Of a stretch of 64,000 bases of DNA, positions 38,601 to 48,220 are shown in pieces. The DNA is taken from positions 100,068,001 through 100,132,000 of the forward strand of contig CM097885.1 of the NCBI GenBank assembly GCA_044892525.1, read 5' to 3'. Each line of letters starts with the position of its first letter. Position 1 is the first letter of the stretch. The notes beneath the pieces were generated by a model that did not search any database, was not told the origin of the DNA, and saw only the letters and a list, made by a program, of their open reading frames with translations. Position numbers and translations under genes: made by a program. Origin of the DNA: Schmidtea polychroa. Taxonomy: Eukaryota.

Positions 38601-38745
38601 TTTTGATTTAACTTTCTAGACTGTTCAAAGAGCTGAAAGTGAAGAAATTCTTCTTTGTTTAACATATTTATTTTCTGTTGCTGAACGAGATAGTGGAAAT
38701 GGAGGTCATTGTCAATATAGAATTTATAGTATTGTTAACAATTAA
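4830..38745 (+). CDS. TEAD: TEAD/scalloped (TEF-1) transcription factor; join(4830..5064,8495..8782,10597..10796,13158..13376,13420..13472,13515..13596,27808..27960,38620..38745), 1356 nt, 451 aa
   Basis: TEA domain plus complete YAP-binding domain. All junctions are GT-AG and phase-compatible, and the total length is a multiple of 3 ending in TAA. Confidence 0.9.
6290..7420 (+). mobile_element. Heavily decayed Gypsy pol fragment (RT and start of RNase H) in TEAD intron 1
   Basis: Broken frames give [43 protein letters not shown] and [16 protein letters not shown]; boundaries approximate. Confidence 0.8.
8495..8782 (+). CDS. TEAD: TEAD exon 2 (TEA domain C-half and linker)
   Basis: TAAG|GT CGC: [34 protein letters not shown]. 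The 3' end is chosen by phase (weak donor GTTCAT). Confidence 0.9.
10597..10796 (+). CDS. TEAD: TEAD exon 3 (linker and start of the YAP-binding domain)
   Basis: TTTAG acceptor, GTAATA donor; [17 protein letters not shown] aligns to GRSIASSKLWMLEFSAF. Confidence 0.75.
10958..11029. mobile_element. 72-bp piggyBac-like MITE
   Basis: TTAA on both sides; terminal inverted repeats CACGTTGAACAC / GCGTTCAACTTG (10/12 match); internal palindrome ATCGTATACGAT. Confidence 0.55.
11571..11778. mobile_element. 208-bp MITE with 8-bp TSD (GG-starting TIRs, Merlin-like)
   Basis: TIR GG(A/G)TAAACTGAAGTATACCCCCC at both ends; TSD GAAATGTG at 11563..11570 and 11779..11786. Confidence 0.85.
12200..12850 (-). 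mobile_element. Decayed LTR-element gag/protease remnant
   Basis: Interrupted minus-strand reading [12 protein letters not shown]...[12 protein letters not shown] resembles gag knuckles; protease motif barely recognisable. Confidence 0.4.
12894..12950. repeat. (AAT)n microsatellite
   Basis: Direct observation. Confidence 0.98.
13158..13376 (+). CDS. TEAD: TEAD exon 4
   Basis: HEFIHLG...[15 protein letters not shown]...GLKEL...FFLLKIW matches HLFVHIG...IYDKFP...GLKEL...FFLVKFW. Confidence 0.92.
13420..13596 (+). CDS. TEAD: TEAD exons 5 (13420..13472) and 6 (13515..13596), separated by a 42-nt in-frame intron
   Basis: Spliced [27 protein letters not shown] aligns gap-free (27/27 positions) to [27 protein letters not shown]; donor CAG|GTAATT at 13597. 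Confidence 0.85.
14555..14640. repeat. (TAT)n microsatellite
   Basis: Direct observation. Confidence 0.98.
14643..16600 (+). mobile_element. Internally deleted Gypsy element: LTR remnants at both ends, tRNA-Leu PBS, RT/RNase H/integrase fragments
   Basis: Direct repeat 14643..14830 vs 16468..16594; PBS TGGTGGCAGCGGT at 14903..14915; [38 protein letters not shown] and [16 protein letters not shown] in broken frames. Confidence 0.8.
16600..17300 (+). mobile_element. Decayed Mutator/MULE transposase fragment
   Basis: FADGTF...QMYTIHG...[14 protein letters not shown]...FHFGQCIWR...[13 protein letters not shown] across frameshifts. Confidence 0.85.
17638..18698 (+). mobile_element. Solo LTR (~1.06 kb) of the same family as the large Gypsy at 47416..64000
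   Basis: Begins T(A)TTGAGGTCC and ends CCCAACA. The first ~780 bp match revcomp of 47416..48205; the last 75 bp match revcomp of 63926..64000 (7 differences in 75). TSD not clean (ATTA vs ACTA). Confidence 0.9.
19331..20408 (+). repeat. Dispersed ~1.08 kb repeat, copy 2
   Basis: Matches 2853..3932. Confidence 0.85.
21931..22323 (-). CDS. 130-aa ORF, CxxC followed by coiled coil, inside repeat-derived intronic DNA; function unknown
   Basis: ATG-initiated open frame in AT-rich DNA: [31 protein letters not shown]. Confidence 0.4.
   Translation of the reverse strand: MSEPNLPPRGPKPCFSCSDKNMDIKKLQEHIVALKKRIDTLEHTWSQMKEEKMKIPRLEHCRDSLLEESRCQRLTIKAQSKALHKIYSESELQKRVREYRIKDGVNVFPLHHRAEELEVPTSSSCAGHGP
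25664..27245 (+). mobile_element. LTR-like block: either one LTR (TGTTAGG...CCTAACA) or two abutting solo LTRs (25664..26570 and 26571..27245)
   Basis: Terminal inverted TGTTAGG/CCTAACA. The 25664..26570 part shares AACCCGAG repeats and a 3' TTGGGTCGTT motif with the 17638 LTR. Confidence 0.6.
27808..27960 (+). CDS. TEAD: TEAD exon 7
   Basis: TTCAG|ATC...[34 protein letters not shown]|GTAAAT matches [34 protein letters not shown]. Confidence 0.93.
28106..28317. repeat. 212-bp target-site duplication, left copy
   Basis: Identical by eye to 36714..36925 (offset 8608). Confidence 0.92.
28520..28770. repeat. 35-bp tandem array (~7 units) in the 3' UTR of the RLE element
   Basis: Unit AGGAGAGGCTTGTTAAGGCTTCTGTCAGGTTCAGT starts at 28520, 28582, 28617, 28652, 28687, 28722 and 28757, with one 27-bp unit. 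Confidence 0.95.
29443..29637. other. Assembly gap (N run)
   Basis: Run of N. Confidence 1.
29866..33069 (-). CDS. RLE element ORF2 main part: Ulp1-like domain, reverse transcriptase, CCHC knuckle, restriction-like endonuclease
   Basis: [47 protein letters not shown]; CRQC...[10 protein letters not shown]; KHSRVL...KPDLII...LDIKVPYE...KY. Confidence 0.95.
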   Translation of the reverse strand: MDPYIGNALIQHNYKTFFETFPFKDFSDWNEIIMPMCHAKDNWFFFFLNKRRKLAVLIDPTTDESPSIHLSLANSILETILDLQKIVSPITIHLQYPEYPRCSTPNESAFFICHMIECLMKNDRITSPNIQNMINRIKIVIKKILINRMASDDVRKYRPFISSLIINLNNDTTDCESVLCEINKINENINPKKYINKIPADITHKVRKNANELLFVKRNRYKFNPKEEISKILNNETCFQKPTMKNLLKLFAGGIATCQTFSINLQCSYPETYSSTPFDLDDIKYILSQLANTAPGLDLITLANWKKISPDHELILSICNNIQRNSICPSSWKTFRTKLILKAGKNEISHEASSWRPISIMNTIYRIFSSLLNNRLLGWIKEGNLISNNQKAIGAPDGCAEHNFILQLIKDASNRNKSDLHIIWLDITDAFGSLPHDLIWYTLSKMGLHPNSIQLIKSMYDQVNTIFDCEGETSPSVPILKGVKQGCPLSMTLFCLSIDFIIKNILISHPFILGEMNIGILAYADDIVLISDSYPSINSALLETIRLASLANLKFKPSKSGYFHLNHNSSYHPIKLYNEIIPKVDDSNFYRYLGVDFSLKKRHNIDETLECALTDTEKILKSHLHPSQKINAFKIFIHSRLIFPFRNCEILHNILESHKNNIIKDRNPQKGFDNKIRKLIKIALGDRLLQINNNFLYASIKMGGMGLTSAIDEYITQGIVHLSRALNSTDTSFRNLILSELALARGQGNLEAALYWINGNTSKSFQHRSIFLKFKKSADLLRRKYGIHAKILLLDNSYQLEIRYKDRINYFQSDNVNTISSEIHSIISLIHTEKWALLTHQGHIAKSICNSTTAGYLIKTDILTDTQFFFLIRARNNLLELNFTPHRLKSKKSIQCRQCNSHPETQAHIFNHCPAKINARRNKHSRVLDAVSEFLLNLNFYLDIEITPLGIPTLLKPDLIIRSMRNNNNHILDIKVPYEQRENFKRVTNDNYAKYANLAIQIEKAHKVKTTISALVIGTLGSWDSNNDQILRKIGLSKSEIKGLSQKACTAAVVSSYHILREHTLKD
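33133..34095 (-). CDS. RLE element ORF2 N-terminal part with about 4 C2H2-like zinc fingers; in frame with 29866..33069 across one TGA (33133..33135)
   Basis: CRGC...HVQEIH, CHQC...H...H, CNKC...HMIKHH, CFCG...HIEDHH; the frame stays open upstream of the annotated Met to ~34095. Confidence 0.8.
   Translation of the reverse strand: MPVENTERKSPNLINLKETIPSAKETPKYATTSTPIHHRNDIKFQKSLEVRGKTYTLKPPTLDLIKTRKTIINKDTMSKDINDEILYYFDLRGKLQCRGCHHTSFCGQISATDIDRIRSHVQEIHNIAITYDSLIDCHQCRPKGEGSRSTLNTITLRNLYNHIDQFEHHCSVNKDFLKTITLKITSTNRFLCHNLNKNCNKCFQSFDIDTPLDTINTHMIKHHKNLKFDINLKINCFCGEWIEYQDSKNHIEDHHPNKETFNSPVNNDYSNNVNINTKNNLFNDILDTQEAILSPLNNEIINRDIPDNILFTNNIDKEAA
34053..36701 (-). CDS. RLE element ORF1-like Asn/Ser-rich region (340 aa and 532 aa in one frame, separated by a single TAG at 35679..35681)
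   Basis: Long open frames inside the TSD-bounded element; no recognisable motif. Confidence 0.6.
36714..36925. repeat. 212-bp target-site duplication, right copy
   Basis: Identical by eye to 28106..28317. Confidence 0.92.
37920..38320 (+). mobile_element. Tc1/mariner remnant (transposase C-terminus and right TIR)
   Basis: RMNDKATPQ (HDNA.H-like), [15 protein letters not shown] (PYSPDLN..D-like); ends TTTTTTGGGACACCCTG-TA. Confidence 0.5.
38620..38745 (+). CDS. TEAD: TEAD terminal exon 8 (absent from the ORF track)
   Basis: TTCTAG|[41 protein letters not shown] matches VVTNRDTQETLLCIAYVFEVS...HIYRLVKE*. Confidence 0.9.
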   Translation, partial: TVQRAESEEILLCLTYLFSVAERDSGNGGHCQYRIYSIVNN

Positions 38746-38982
38746 TTTATCATTTTTGTATTATTGTAATATTTTATAATATACTTTCCAAAAATTTATT
38801 TTGGTTGTTATTTTTCATTTACTATTTCTACCGAAATTTTTCCCACTTTTCTAGAATTGTTTCACACAAATAACTATTTTAAATAATTATACAGCGAGTA
38901 CGAAGTTAAATTTAAAGGAAAAAGTTTTTTTAATAACGATTAAATACAAAATATTAAATACAATATCTTCTTGTCGTCATAT

Positions 38983-40100
38983 ACAACTAAACTCTATCAA
39001 CCAGATACCAAGTACTAACAACCAACTACTTACTAACAAATACCAACAACTATGTACTAACGAATTGATCTTTAAAAAATCTTGAACTTCAAAAAATTGG
39101 ATGAAAAATTAATTGAACTCAAGGCACTTGTAAGATTTACCAATAACTAGGTAAAAATTGATTAAATTATTGTAAAAATTTAAATTATTCAAAACATACT
39201 AAATAAATATCATAAAAATGTAATTAATGGACAAGAAAGAACTTTAAATGCTAGTCATTAATCATCCAGTAAATAAATAAATACTGATCATTCAAGTTAA
39301 TATGAATCAACTAAGGTAATAAATTAACAAGAATTTTGAAATAAGATCTAATAGATAATTGATTTAGATTGAATAAATTAATTGAAATAAATTAATTTTA
39401 ATTATTTTTTTAAAAGTAATGCATGTACTCAAATTGATTGAGTGATTGATCAAATTATTCATTTACAATTATCAAATTCAACAATATCTTAGAAATAAAT
39501 ATCAAAAGAAATTGATAACTAATGATAACATCTAATAAACCAGTAAAATCATTTAAATGACAATATTTGGGGAGTGAATTCTCCAATAAATTATGTACTC
39601 AAATTGATTTACTGAATGCTCAATATATCCTAAAAAATCAGTATAATCAAGATTAAAAACTTTATCAGAATAATTGTCTATCAATAACGTGTTATTAAAA
39701 TATTTTTATTCGTTAGAAATAATTTAAATTAAGTATCCTCCTCCCTTATATTCCCCCGATTTTCCTTTATTTAATCACTTTTAAAGTGTTTGACAATTAT
39801 TTGTTTTTTGAGGAAAATCATCATTTTTGCTAAATTTAGACATTTAGAAAATGTTTTTCTACTGATTGTAATTAAAATTATTTTTGAAAACTAATAAAAA
39901 AAATTAATTTAAAAAGCATTTCATAAAATACAATGAAGAATATTTAGTTGGTTGTAAGTAGTTAGTTGTAAGTATCTAATTGTTTGAGAGTTAGTTAGTA
40001 CTTGGTATCTGGTACCTAGTTGGTTGCTTGTTATTAGTTGTTAGTGCATGGTACCTAGTTGTAAGTATTTGGTAGCAGGTATCTGGTTATTAGTACTTGG
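38983..40100. repeat. Low-complexity inverted repeats flanking ~0.9 kb of AT-rich DNA (foldback/MITE-like)
   Basis: ACCAGATACCAAGTACTAAC at 39000..39019 is the exact reverse complement of 39994..40013; both lie in CAACTA/TAGTTG-rich tracts. Confidence 0.55.
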
Positions 40101-41523
40101 TTTTTGAATTATTATTATTATCATTAAGTGATGATTTCTTGGTAGCAGCATTAATTATTTGAAACAATAAAGTGATAATTTTAGCCTTTTGCTGCGAATG
40201 ATGTATTTAATGGAAAATCTTTCGGCTATAAGATAGTTCTTGTCAATCTCATGGAATTTAGCAATCTTCTTCTCGAAATACATTTCTATCTTTCTTTTAT
40301 TTCCTTTTTCTTAATTCTCTTTGATTATAAATATAATATATACTTTCTTTTTATGAATATTTTTTATTAAAGATTTCTAAAATTTTATTGAAAAATATAA
40401 TTAAAATTAAAATAAAATAAATACCATTCAAAATTCCAAAATGACACAAACTAAAATTTAAAAATTTTTAAAGATTCTATAATTAGCTTCTAGAAGCCTA
40501 ATAAAATATTTCAAAATATTTTAAAATAAAGCCTCCAAAAACCATTTATATACAATATTTAAATATTTCAATAAATGTGTCAATTTTGATTTTTAAATCC
40601 TATCTTTTGAAATTATATTTCCTAAAATTTTCTATACTATTTTAATTATTACTTTTTCTTAAAATATAAGTGTTATTAGATGGCCGACTCTAAAAGTGAA
40701 ACACAACTTGTATTATAACAGAAAAGTCGAGACGGACACGATAAATAGTGTTAAAACGAAACAAAAAGGTGAAGACAAATTGTATTAAGAATTATTTGAG
40801 AAAACACAGTAAAAACGGAGAAGCAATTTATTAAAGTTATTAATAGCAAGTATCGAGTATTTTCAAGTTTAAGCAATTTTTGTAATCAGAAGCAGAGTTA
40901 AGTGGTTGTAAATTCGAAGTTTTATTGAATAAGTACGTTACATTAACCCAGTAATTCCTGAAACTTTTTTTCTTATATTTGGTAATATTTCAAACGTGCT
41001 GTCGGTACAAAAGCCCAATGACAACTAATAAAAAAATATGCATTGTCATTTCCATAATACCTAGTGTCCCCATAATCAAAAATTGTATCAAAAATGTTAT
41101 CATATGATAAAATATTTTAATTTGTAATATATTACCTACTGTCCTTTAAAATAGCCACAGTTGTAATATCGAATCATTTTGTGTCGTTGTAAATTGGTAA
41201 TCAATCAAAATTTATATTGTCTGTAATTTGTAATTGTCAACTAAGGAATACTTTGGAGCCAGGTCAATAATTGTAAATTTCATATTTCACCGACAACCCC
41301 AACATATAGTTTTAAAAATGAAGTCATATGGTGTTTCCTTATCAAAACTTTTCCCTATTTTACCAGGGAAATTCTGTCCTTCAATTTTCATATGATTATA
41401 TATGTGTAGTATCAATATTATGTCTTTCACAAAGATAAATAAATTTAATTTCTTTAATCAGGTAATTTACTTATGGCGATTATAGAAATGACTAATTTGT
41501 AGTGAGTACTCTTAGTAACATTG

Positions 41524-42401
41524 TTTATATGTATTTAGTATAGAGCGTGATACTTAATCATGTATACTATACATTGTATACTATAGATTAGTTTTTAAAA
41601 GTCCATTACAAGTTAGCTCGTCATGCGGGTTTAATGGAGAATTTTTCTTTAATGAATTTATTTGTCATTCCCAGTTTAAAATTACTACATAAAATTTTTA
41701 TTCAATCGATAAATATTAGGTCACAGTGGGAATGAGGTATTTAATGAAAAATTTTAATTGGGTATTATTTAACATGAACTGATAGTTCCCTCGTGTTATT
41801 TTATTTTTTCGATTCAATATTTCACCGAATTATGTAAAAACCTGATTTAATAGGGTTTCGATTTATATGTATTTAGTATAGAGCGTGATACTTAATCATG
41901 TATACTATACATTGTATACTATAGCAGTGTTTCTCAAACTATGGGTCGCGAAAGAATTTTTGGTGGGTCGCGATGACTTATGGAAAGATCTACAAATATA
42001 AATTTTGGAAGTTTAAGCCTTTTAAATTTATTTAATCTTTGTCATGTGGGTCGCAATAAAATTTTTGGCATGAAATGTCAAAAATTTGGGTCGTGATCAA
42101 AAAAGTTTGAGAACCACTGTACTATAGATTAGTTTTTAAAAGTCCATTACAAGTTAGCTCGTCATGCGGGTTTAATGGAGAATTTTTCTTTAATGAATTT
42201 ATTTGTCATTCCCAGTTTAAAATTACTACATAAAATTTTTATTCAATCGATAAATATTAGGTCACAGTGGGAATGAGGTATTTAATGAAAAATTTTAATT
42301 GGGTATTATTTAACATGAACTGATAGTTCCCTCGTGTTATTTTATTTTCTCGATTCAATATTTCACCGAATTATGTAAAAACCTGATTTAATAGGGTTTC
42401 G
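41524..42401. repeat. 338-bp tandem duplication; the second copy carries a MITE
   Basis: Copy 1 41524..41861, copy 2 41862..42401, near-identical apart from the insertion. Confidence 0.92.
41925..42119. mobile_element. 195-bp hAT MITE
   Basis: TIR CAGTG(T/G)TTCTCAAACT; 8-bp TSD TACTATAG; empty site visible in the upstream copy. Confidence 0.95.
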
Positions 42402-42796
42402 GGAAATTTTTACTGGCTTGTTTGTAAAATTGATTCAAACATGATTCCAAGTTCTCGTGACCGTAGAATACTTGAAGCTAGTTTAAACATAAACCCAATA
42501 GAGATATTCATGGCCCAATTTGATTTCAATGAAAACTTAATTCGCTAATAATGCTTTTCCCCCAGTCACTTAGAAATATCGCTATGGCGAAAATAACCAA
42601 TTAAAACAATGCATATAATTAATGAATTTGTTGAATAAAGAATTTGTAAAACCTTTTTCTAAGGTTATCTTTGAACTATTGATATTGAAACTCAATAAAG
42701 AAACATTTGTATGCTTGGATAAAAGATTTAATAATAAACTCACAACCCAAATCATTAATTTATTTTATTAGATATCAACAAAATATTGACCAATAA

Positions 42797-44041
42797 CTAA
42801 ACTGGGGGATCAGATTTCAATTTTCGAAGATCTTCAATTATAATTTTGAAATTGTTTTGCCACATTTGTAAATCTTTGTATAATTTTGTCCATTGATCTG
42901 GACCAAATGAACGCGGCACAGCTCCAGAAATTAAAACCTTTTCATTTTGTTGATCTAATTTGCATGTAACCGCTTGTTGTCGCACAGCTTCAATGACAAA
43001 TGCTTCAAATTCCTCCCTTTCCAATTGTAATTCTTTTTGAATGGTACCATAAGACAATTCAGTTGTATCTCCGGCAGCCAATGTCATTAAGGAAAGTATT
43101 CGGATTTTTGTCATACATGCTTCTTTATCCAATCCATATTTATCCATGAAATCCGGATGGGTATCAAGAAATTTTCTATAGTCGTTAATTGTTCCACTGA
43201 CAAATATTGTTAATAGATCATGGATTGGTTCACCAGTTAAACATTGGACAGGCTTTAATTCGAGAATTTGATCCATGGTCAATGCATTAGGATCTTGCAA
43301 AGCTGCAACAATACATCTAATGGCATCATCCCGAGCATTTGCTGCTCGGTCATCAGTAAATGAACTTAACAACATCATCATACTCTCTGTTGCATATCTT
43401 TCTTCGTGACGCTCAATAAAAATTCTATTAAGTTTGCTTAAAATGTTTTGAATTTGTTCTTGATTACATTGCCATTCTTTCAACCATCCTGATATTTCCT
43501 TTAGATTGATGTTAATTAAATGTTTTTTATCGCTATTAATTTCAGCGTTTAACAAACTTTCATAAGTTTTTATTTTTGTTTCATTTTTTGTTAAACCAAG
43601 AAACAATGAATTAAGTACAAATCTTTTAATTCTTTCTTTTTTCTCATTGTTGCACATTTTCTTTTCAAGAACTTTGCAAAATGGTTCTACAAAGTCAGTT
43701 TGAATATCAGGTTGCATTAACAAAATTAAGGATACAACTGAATTAATAATTCCACCCATATCTAAATCAATTTAGTATTAGTACTTTCATTTCTAACAAT
43801 TCATATCTAAACCTGTATCAGATATCTTATCTTCGAACAAAAGATCGATATTGTTGATAATATGATTCAATGCATCGTGCCATTCTTCCCCCTGCATTAC
43901 GACATCTAGGCACTTCTCATTATCATGGAAGTATTGAAGAATTTCAGATACCTTTAAGAGAATGAATATAATGCATATTAATTTATCACTGTAATTTACT
44001 TGAATAAAATCAGAAGTTTCAGTAAAAATAGACACACTCAT
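42797..44041 (-). CDS. eIF3m: Eukaryotic translation initiation factor 3 subunit M; join(44041..44000,43951..43813,43761..42797), 381 aa
   Basis: INSVVSLILL, ARDDAIRCIVAALQDPN, LKPVQCLTGEPIHDLLTIFVS, KIRILSLM, EAFVIEAVR and SFGPDQW match eIF3m along its length; 48- and 51-nt GT-AG introns, phases consistent. Confidence 0.95.
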
Positions 44042-47000
44042 GTTTTTCAATTAGAGCAATATTAAAACAAAAAGCAATAAAATGTGTACAAAATATGTAG
44101 AACGAATTAAATTTATATGAGAATTTAAATAAATAAAAAAAAATTAATTTTATATAAATTGAATTTCCTAAGTCTAAATTGCAAAACCACTCTGATAATT
44201 AAGAAAAATAAAATTTTCAGGCATAAACTGTTGATCAGGAAATTTTGGTTATATAGTACAAAAACAAATGAATAATTTAAATTTATTAACTTTTATTAAC
44301 CCTTTCTAAGGCAAAGGAAACTAAAAGTGATGTAAAACTCAAAGTTTATTAATAATAATTATATAGTTACAAATGATCATAAAAAAATAAAAACGTAGAA
44401 AAAAACAAAAGAGGCTTTTAGGGAGAAGGGGTGGCAATATGATTGTTGTATCAAAAGTAAAAATGATTACCGACAGCGTTACACTTAGATATTTTTATTA
44501 GTTTAAAATGGTGTACAGTATATTGCCACCACCTTAGAAAGGGTTAAAATTCGAATCAAAATTACATTAAATTGTACATTGTTTGCTACATCTGGCTTAA
44601 AATAGGTAGCTTCTATCGTCTGGTATCTGAGTTTTAACCGTAATTCTCAAAAAAACGATCGTCTTTTTCTATTTGAAGCTGAGTATATAGGTTTTTAATC
44701 TTTCTAAAATTGTGTGCACTTCAGTTAACAGTAAATGTTTTTTTGCGGTTGATCATATATTTTAGTCATTCGATATATCAGTTAGAAATGGTTGATTATA
44801 TGTGTGGAACATCTTTCACTTCCAGACTCTTGTCAATATTTTGATTATATTCTAGTTCCCATAGTAATTGCGCATAATTATTTTAATTGACCACTAAACA
44901 CCCGCCGCAAGGGACGTTGATACTGCCATTTTGCGGTGGCTGTCTGCAACGACTATCATAAAGACACGATGAGCCTCTGGGTGCCTGGGCTACCGTAGAA
45001 GGTGTTGTTTCACATGTTCTCATTTTTTTATAATTTACTCAATCTATCAGTTGTTAACGTCTACCTCTGAAACTTCTCGATGGTTTAACTTGCGCACATG
45101 TGCTGGTCGGTGATTCTCCAGCATTTCCTGACTGTTGGTGTTTACGGAACCGACGATTCGAAGGTGGTAGGAAAGAAATATTAGGGAGAGTAGAGTCCTA
45201 TGTCGTGATGAGTACGATTCCCCGAAAGCTACCACGTGACTACTTCAAAACGACTAAGCACCCATGATCGTAACCATTATAGAATTACGCTAAGTCGATG
45301 AAAGCTACAGAGCTGGTAAGCTCTTATGTTAGGACTACTCTGCAGACCTTCTCTACTGGTTCGCGACTAAAGAAGGTCTTATGTCGATGATTCTACAAAG
45401 TGTGATCCTTCCAATTCCGACTTAGTCCGAATCATGAAATATAGTGTGAGATTGGTGGGATTGATGTGATATTCGGTGATGAATTAATTACTCGTCTTAA
45501 AGGATAGGTTAACAGATGAGAAAACAACTTAATAAGACTATATATATATATATATATTGCAACAGTAAATACACTCAATAGAATAGTAACGTTCAAATGG
45601 TTAAGAAAATCATTTCTAGAAGGTTTCGTCTTCAGCCCCAGCTAGGAGTTCGTCGAGATTGAACTCATTTTCTGGATTCAGTATCCATGGCTTGCCTCTC
45701 AGAATTTAGTGGTGCAACGCAATTGAGCCCTTGAGCGATTTTGTACCATGAATCGTTTGGAAGTCTAGAATGGTTGAAAGCCTGTCAATGTTCGGAATTC
45801 GAGTGGAATAGAATGGAGAGATCTGTTCATCTGAGGCCCGAACAATGAAGTTGGAAAACCCGCGAAGATAGAAAACCTGAAGGAAACCCTGCGAATAATC
45901 TATTCTAGAACTTTTGAGTCACGAGTGTGATCTGAGTCCTAGAAAATGATATGGATTTAGTATAATTAAAATAGTGCCAGATAGGTTAAACGTCAGTCCA
46001 AGGAAAGTCTGTCTCGAGAAAGATCAGCTAGGATAGGAAATTGGTGGTTAGCTCAATGTAGACCAAAAAATATCAGGATGATGATAGGTAAAAGAGCACA
46101 ATAATTCATGTAATTATGGTCCTCATTTCTGGGTGTTTTTCCAATGTTATCTCCAAAACCTTTGCACAGGGATCCCTCTTATTTCTCAGTTAATAAATGT
46201 TGTTCTATTTATGTCATGTTTCTATCAAAATCATGATACCAGTGACTAACTCGTCGGAGGCCCTCCAAACGAAATTCCATCAACTGTGTGCTGACTCATT
46301 GACAACCAACACTATACAATTACGCGAGGTATCTTCATACAGCGAACATACTCAGGTCTTGTGACACTGTTCAATAAATCCAAACAATGATGATAATTCC
46401 ACCGTATCTATTAAAAGTGCTCATACATAAAAATTAAAACGGAAAACCAACGATTAAAAACAAAACTAAATTGAATATAAAAATTTATTAATTTAAAACA
46501 TTACTACATACATAAAATTACTAGATACAAAGCAAACTTACCATAATGGTATAGACCGAAAACTGAGAGCAGGTTACACAGAAAAATTGTGTTTAGACTT
46601 TCGTCAAAATAAAATGTCTAAGTCTAAACAAGTTCTTGTTAAAATCAAGTTTTGTTTAATCAAATAACAAGTTGTTGAACTGAATTTGCAATCAGTATTT
46701 ATACTGATTTTGATTGCATTCCTTTAGATCCAATCAGAATGCAGTACAGTTGAATTACGTTGCACACACATAGATGAGTGTGTGCAATTTTTTATATTTA
46801 ATTTAATTGATTTAATTAATCAAATTATTTAATTTTTATTAATTCTAAAGATTTCATTTTATAAATTTATAAATTTAAATAATTTTAAATAATTGTTATT
46901 TTAATTTTTATTATTTTATCAATTGTAATGGAGATTTTTAGTTTTAATTTTTTAAATTTATTTATTTAGAACATTTTTCCTATTCCTTCTCTTAACGTAT

Positions 47001-47415
47001 GTACTTATTGCTATAGCTTCTTCGTGTGTAAATACGAGCTATAACATCACTAATTAAGCCAGTAGTAGGATATGTCACCTCCAGGACAGTGATACCCTTT
47101 ACTCCCTAAAACATTTTTTTAACGTCAAATTTTTTAATTTGAATTTTAACAGTTCCCACCAATGGATTTTATTGAACCGTAGCTCATTAGAAAGGTATTT
47201 GACGGGGGAGTATGATGTTCATACCCTCGAAGGCTTGTGGTGAATCTTCAAAGTGTTAAAAACCTTTTAATTTTTTCAAACCTTTTAATATGTATATCAA
47301 ACAAAAGGTAATTTATAGATCAGTAGGATGGGCATACCCTTGAAGTTTCAAAGTTTTAAAACTATATATCAAACTAATTGAGCGTGTTTTTTACTACCCC
47401 AATTTAAACAATGAC

Positions 47416-48205
47416 ATTCTATTTCTTCTTTTCCCTACTTTCCCTAATTCGTTTACCAACTTTTCCTACGCTCTGATTCTTCGAACCCTAGCTGAGGCAA
47501 AATGCCGATTTTCTCTGATTTTCCCTTTGCTTATATACTCCTCGAAATCAGGATGACAAATGGTTATTGCCGAGCCAATCTTTCGTTTGACATTTGCTCC
47601 TACGTATTTGCTTCGGCTGTCACCCATAATGGTCCAACGAATCCAGATAATTAATGGCCCTACCGGTCTTCTTACGCGCGCTATCTTCTCCTTACTCTTT
47701 TCCCATTAATCATTGTGTCAAGCTAATGGGCCCAAATCTTCCTTCTGTTTGCTTTTCTTCTTGTTTACCCAGCTCGGGTTTCCTTTATCTCTCGGGTTCT
47801 CCATTGGCTCGGGTTTCCCATTAGCTCGGGTTTTCCATTAGCCAATTAATTAATTAATTAACGTTTTCTGTTTTCATACATTTGAATGTTTTTCGACCCT
47901 TCCTAACCATTTTCTGATAAATCCCTAATCATCATCTTGTTGACCATTAGCTAATCTATACCTGTCCCGTTTTTCCCATTCGATTTCGATGATTTTTCCA
48001 TTTATTGATTTTTCTCGGATTTCCGGATTCTTGCCTTTCGTAATTGCTTTTGGCATTTTCTAATACTGTTTCCATCACACTTTCCTTTACTATTGATTCT
48101 GTGCGCGATCCCGCTTTTATTTGTCTTTTTTCTTCGCTTACTTTCTATTTGAATTATTATTCTAAATTTCATTTAAATTTTAATTTTAATTTACGGACCT
48201 CAACA
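47416..48205 (-). repeat. 3' LTR of the large Gypsy, missing its last ~280 bp
   Basis: Starts TGTTGAGGTCC right after the PPT; matches solo LTR 17638..~18421, then diverges abruptly. Confidence 0.9.
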
Positions 48206-48220
48206 TATCTCCCCCCTTAA
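48206..48220 (-). other. Polypurine tract
   Basis: TTAAGGGGGGAGATA immediately 5' of the LTR TG. Confidence 0.9.

Noticed and set aside
40670-41010. Possible solo LTR starting TGTTATTAG
   Set aside because: No clear CA end, TSD or second copy.
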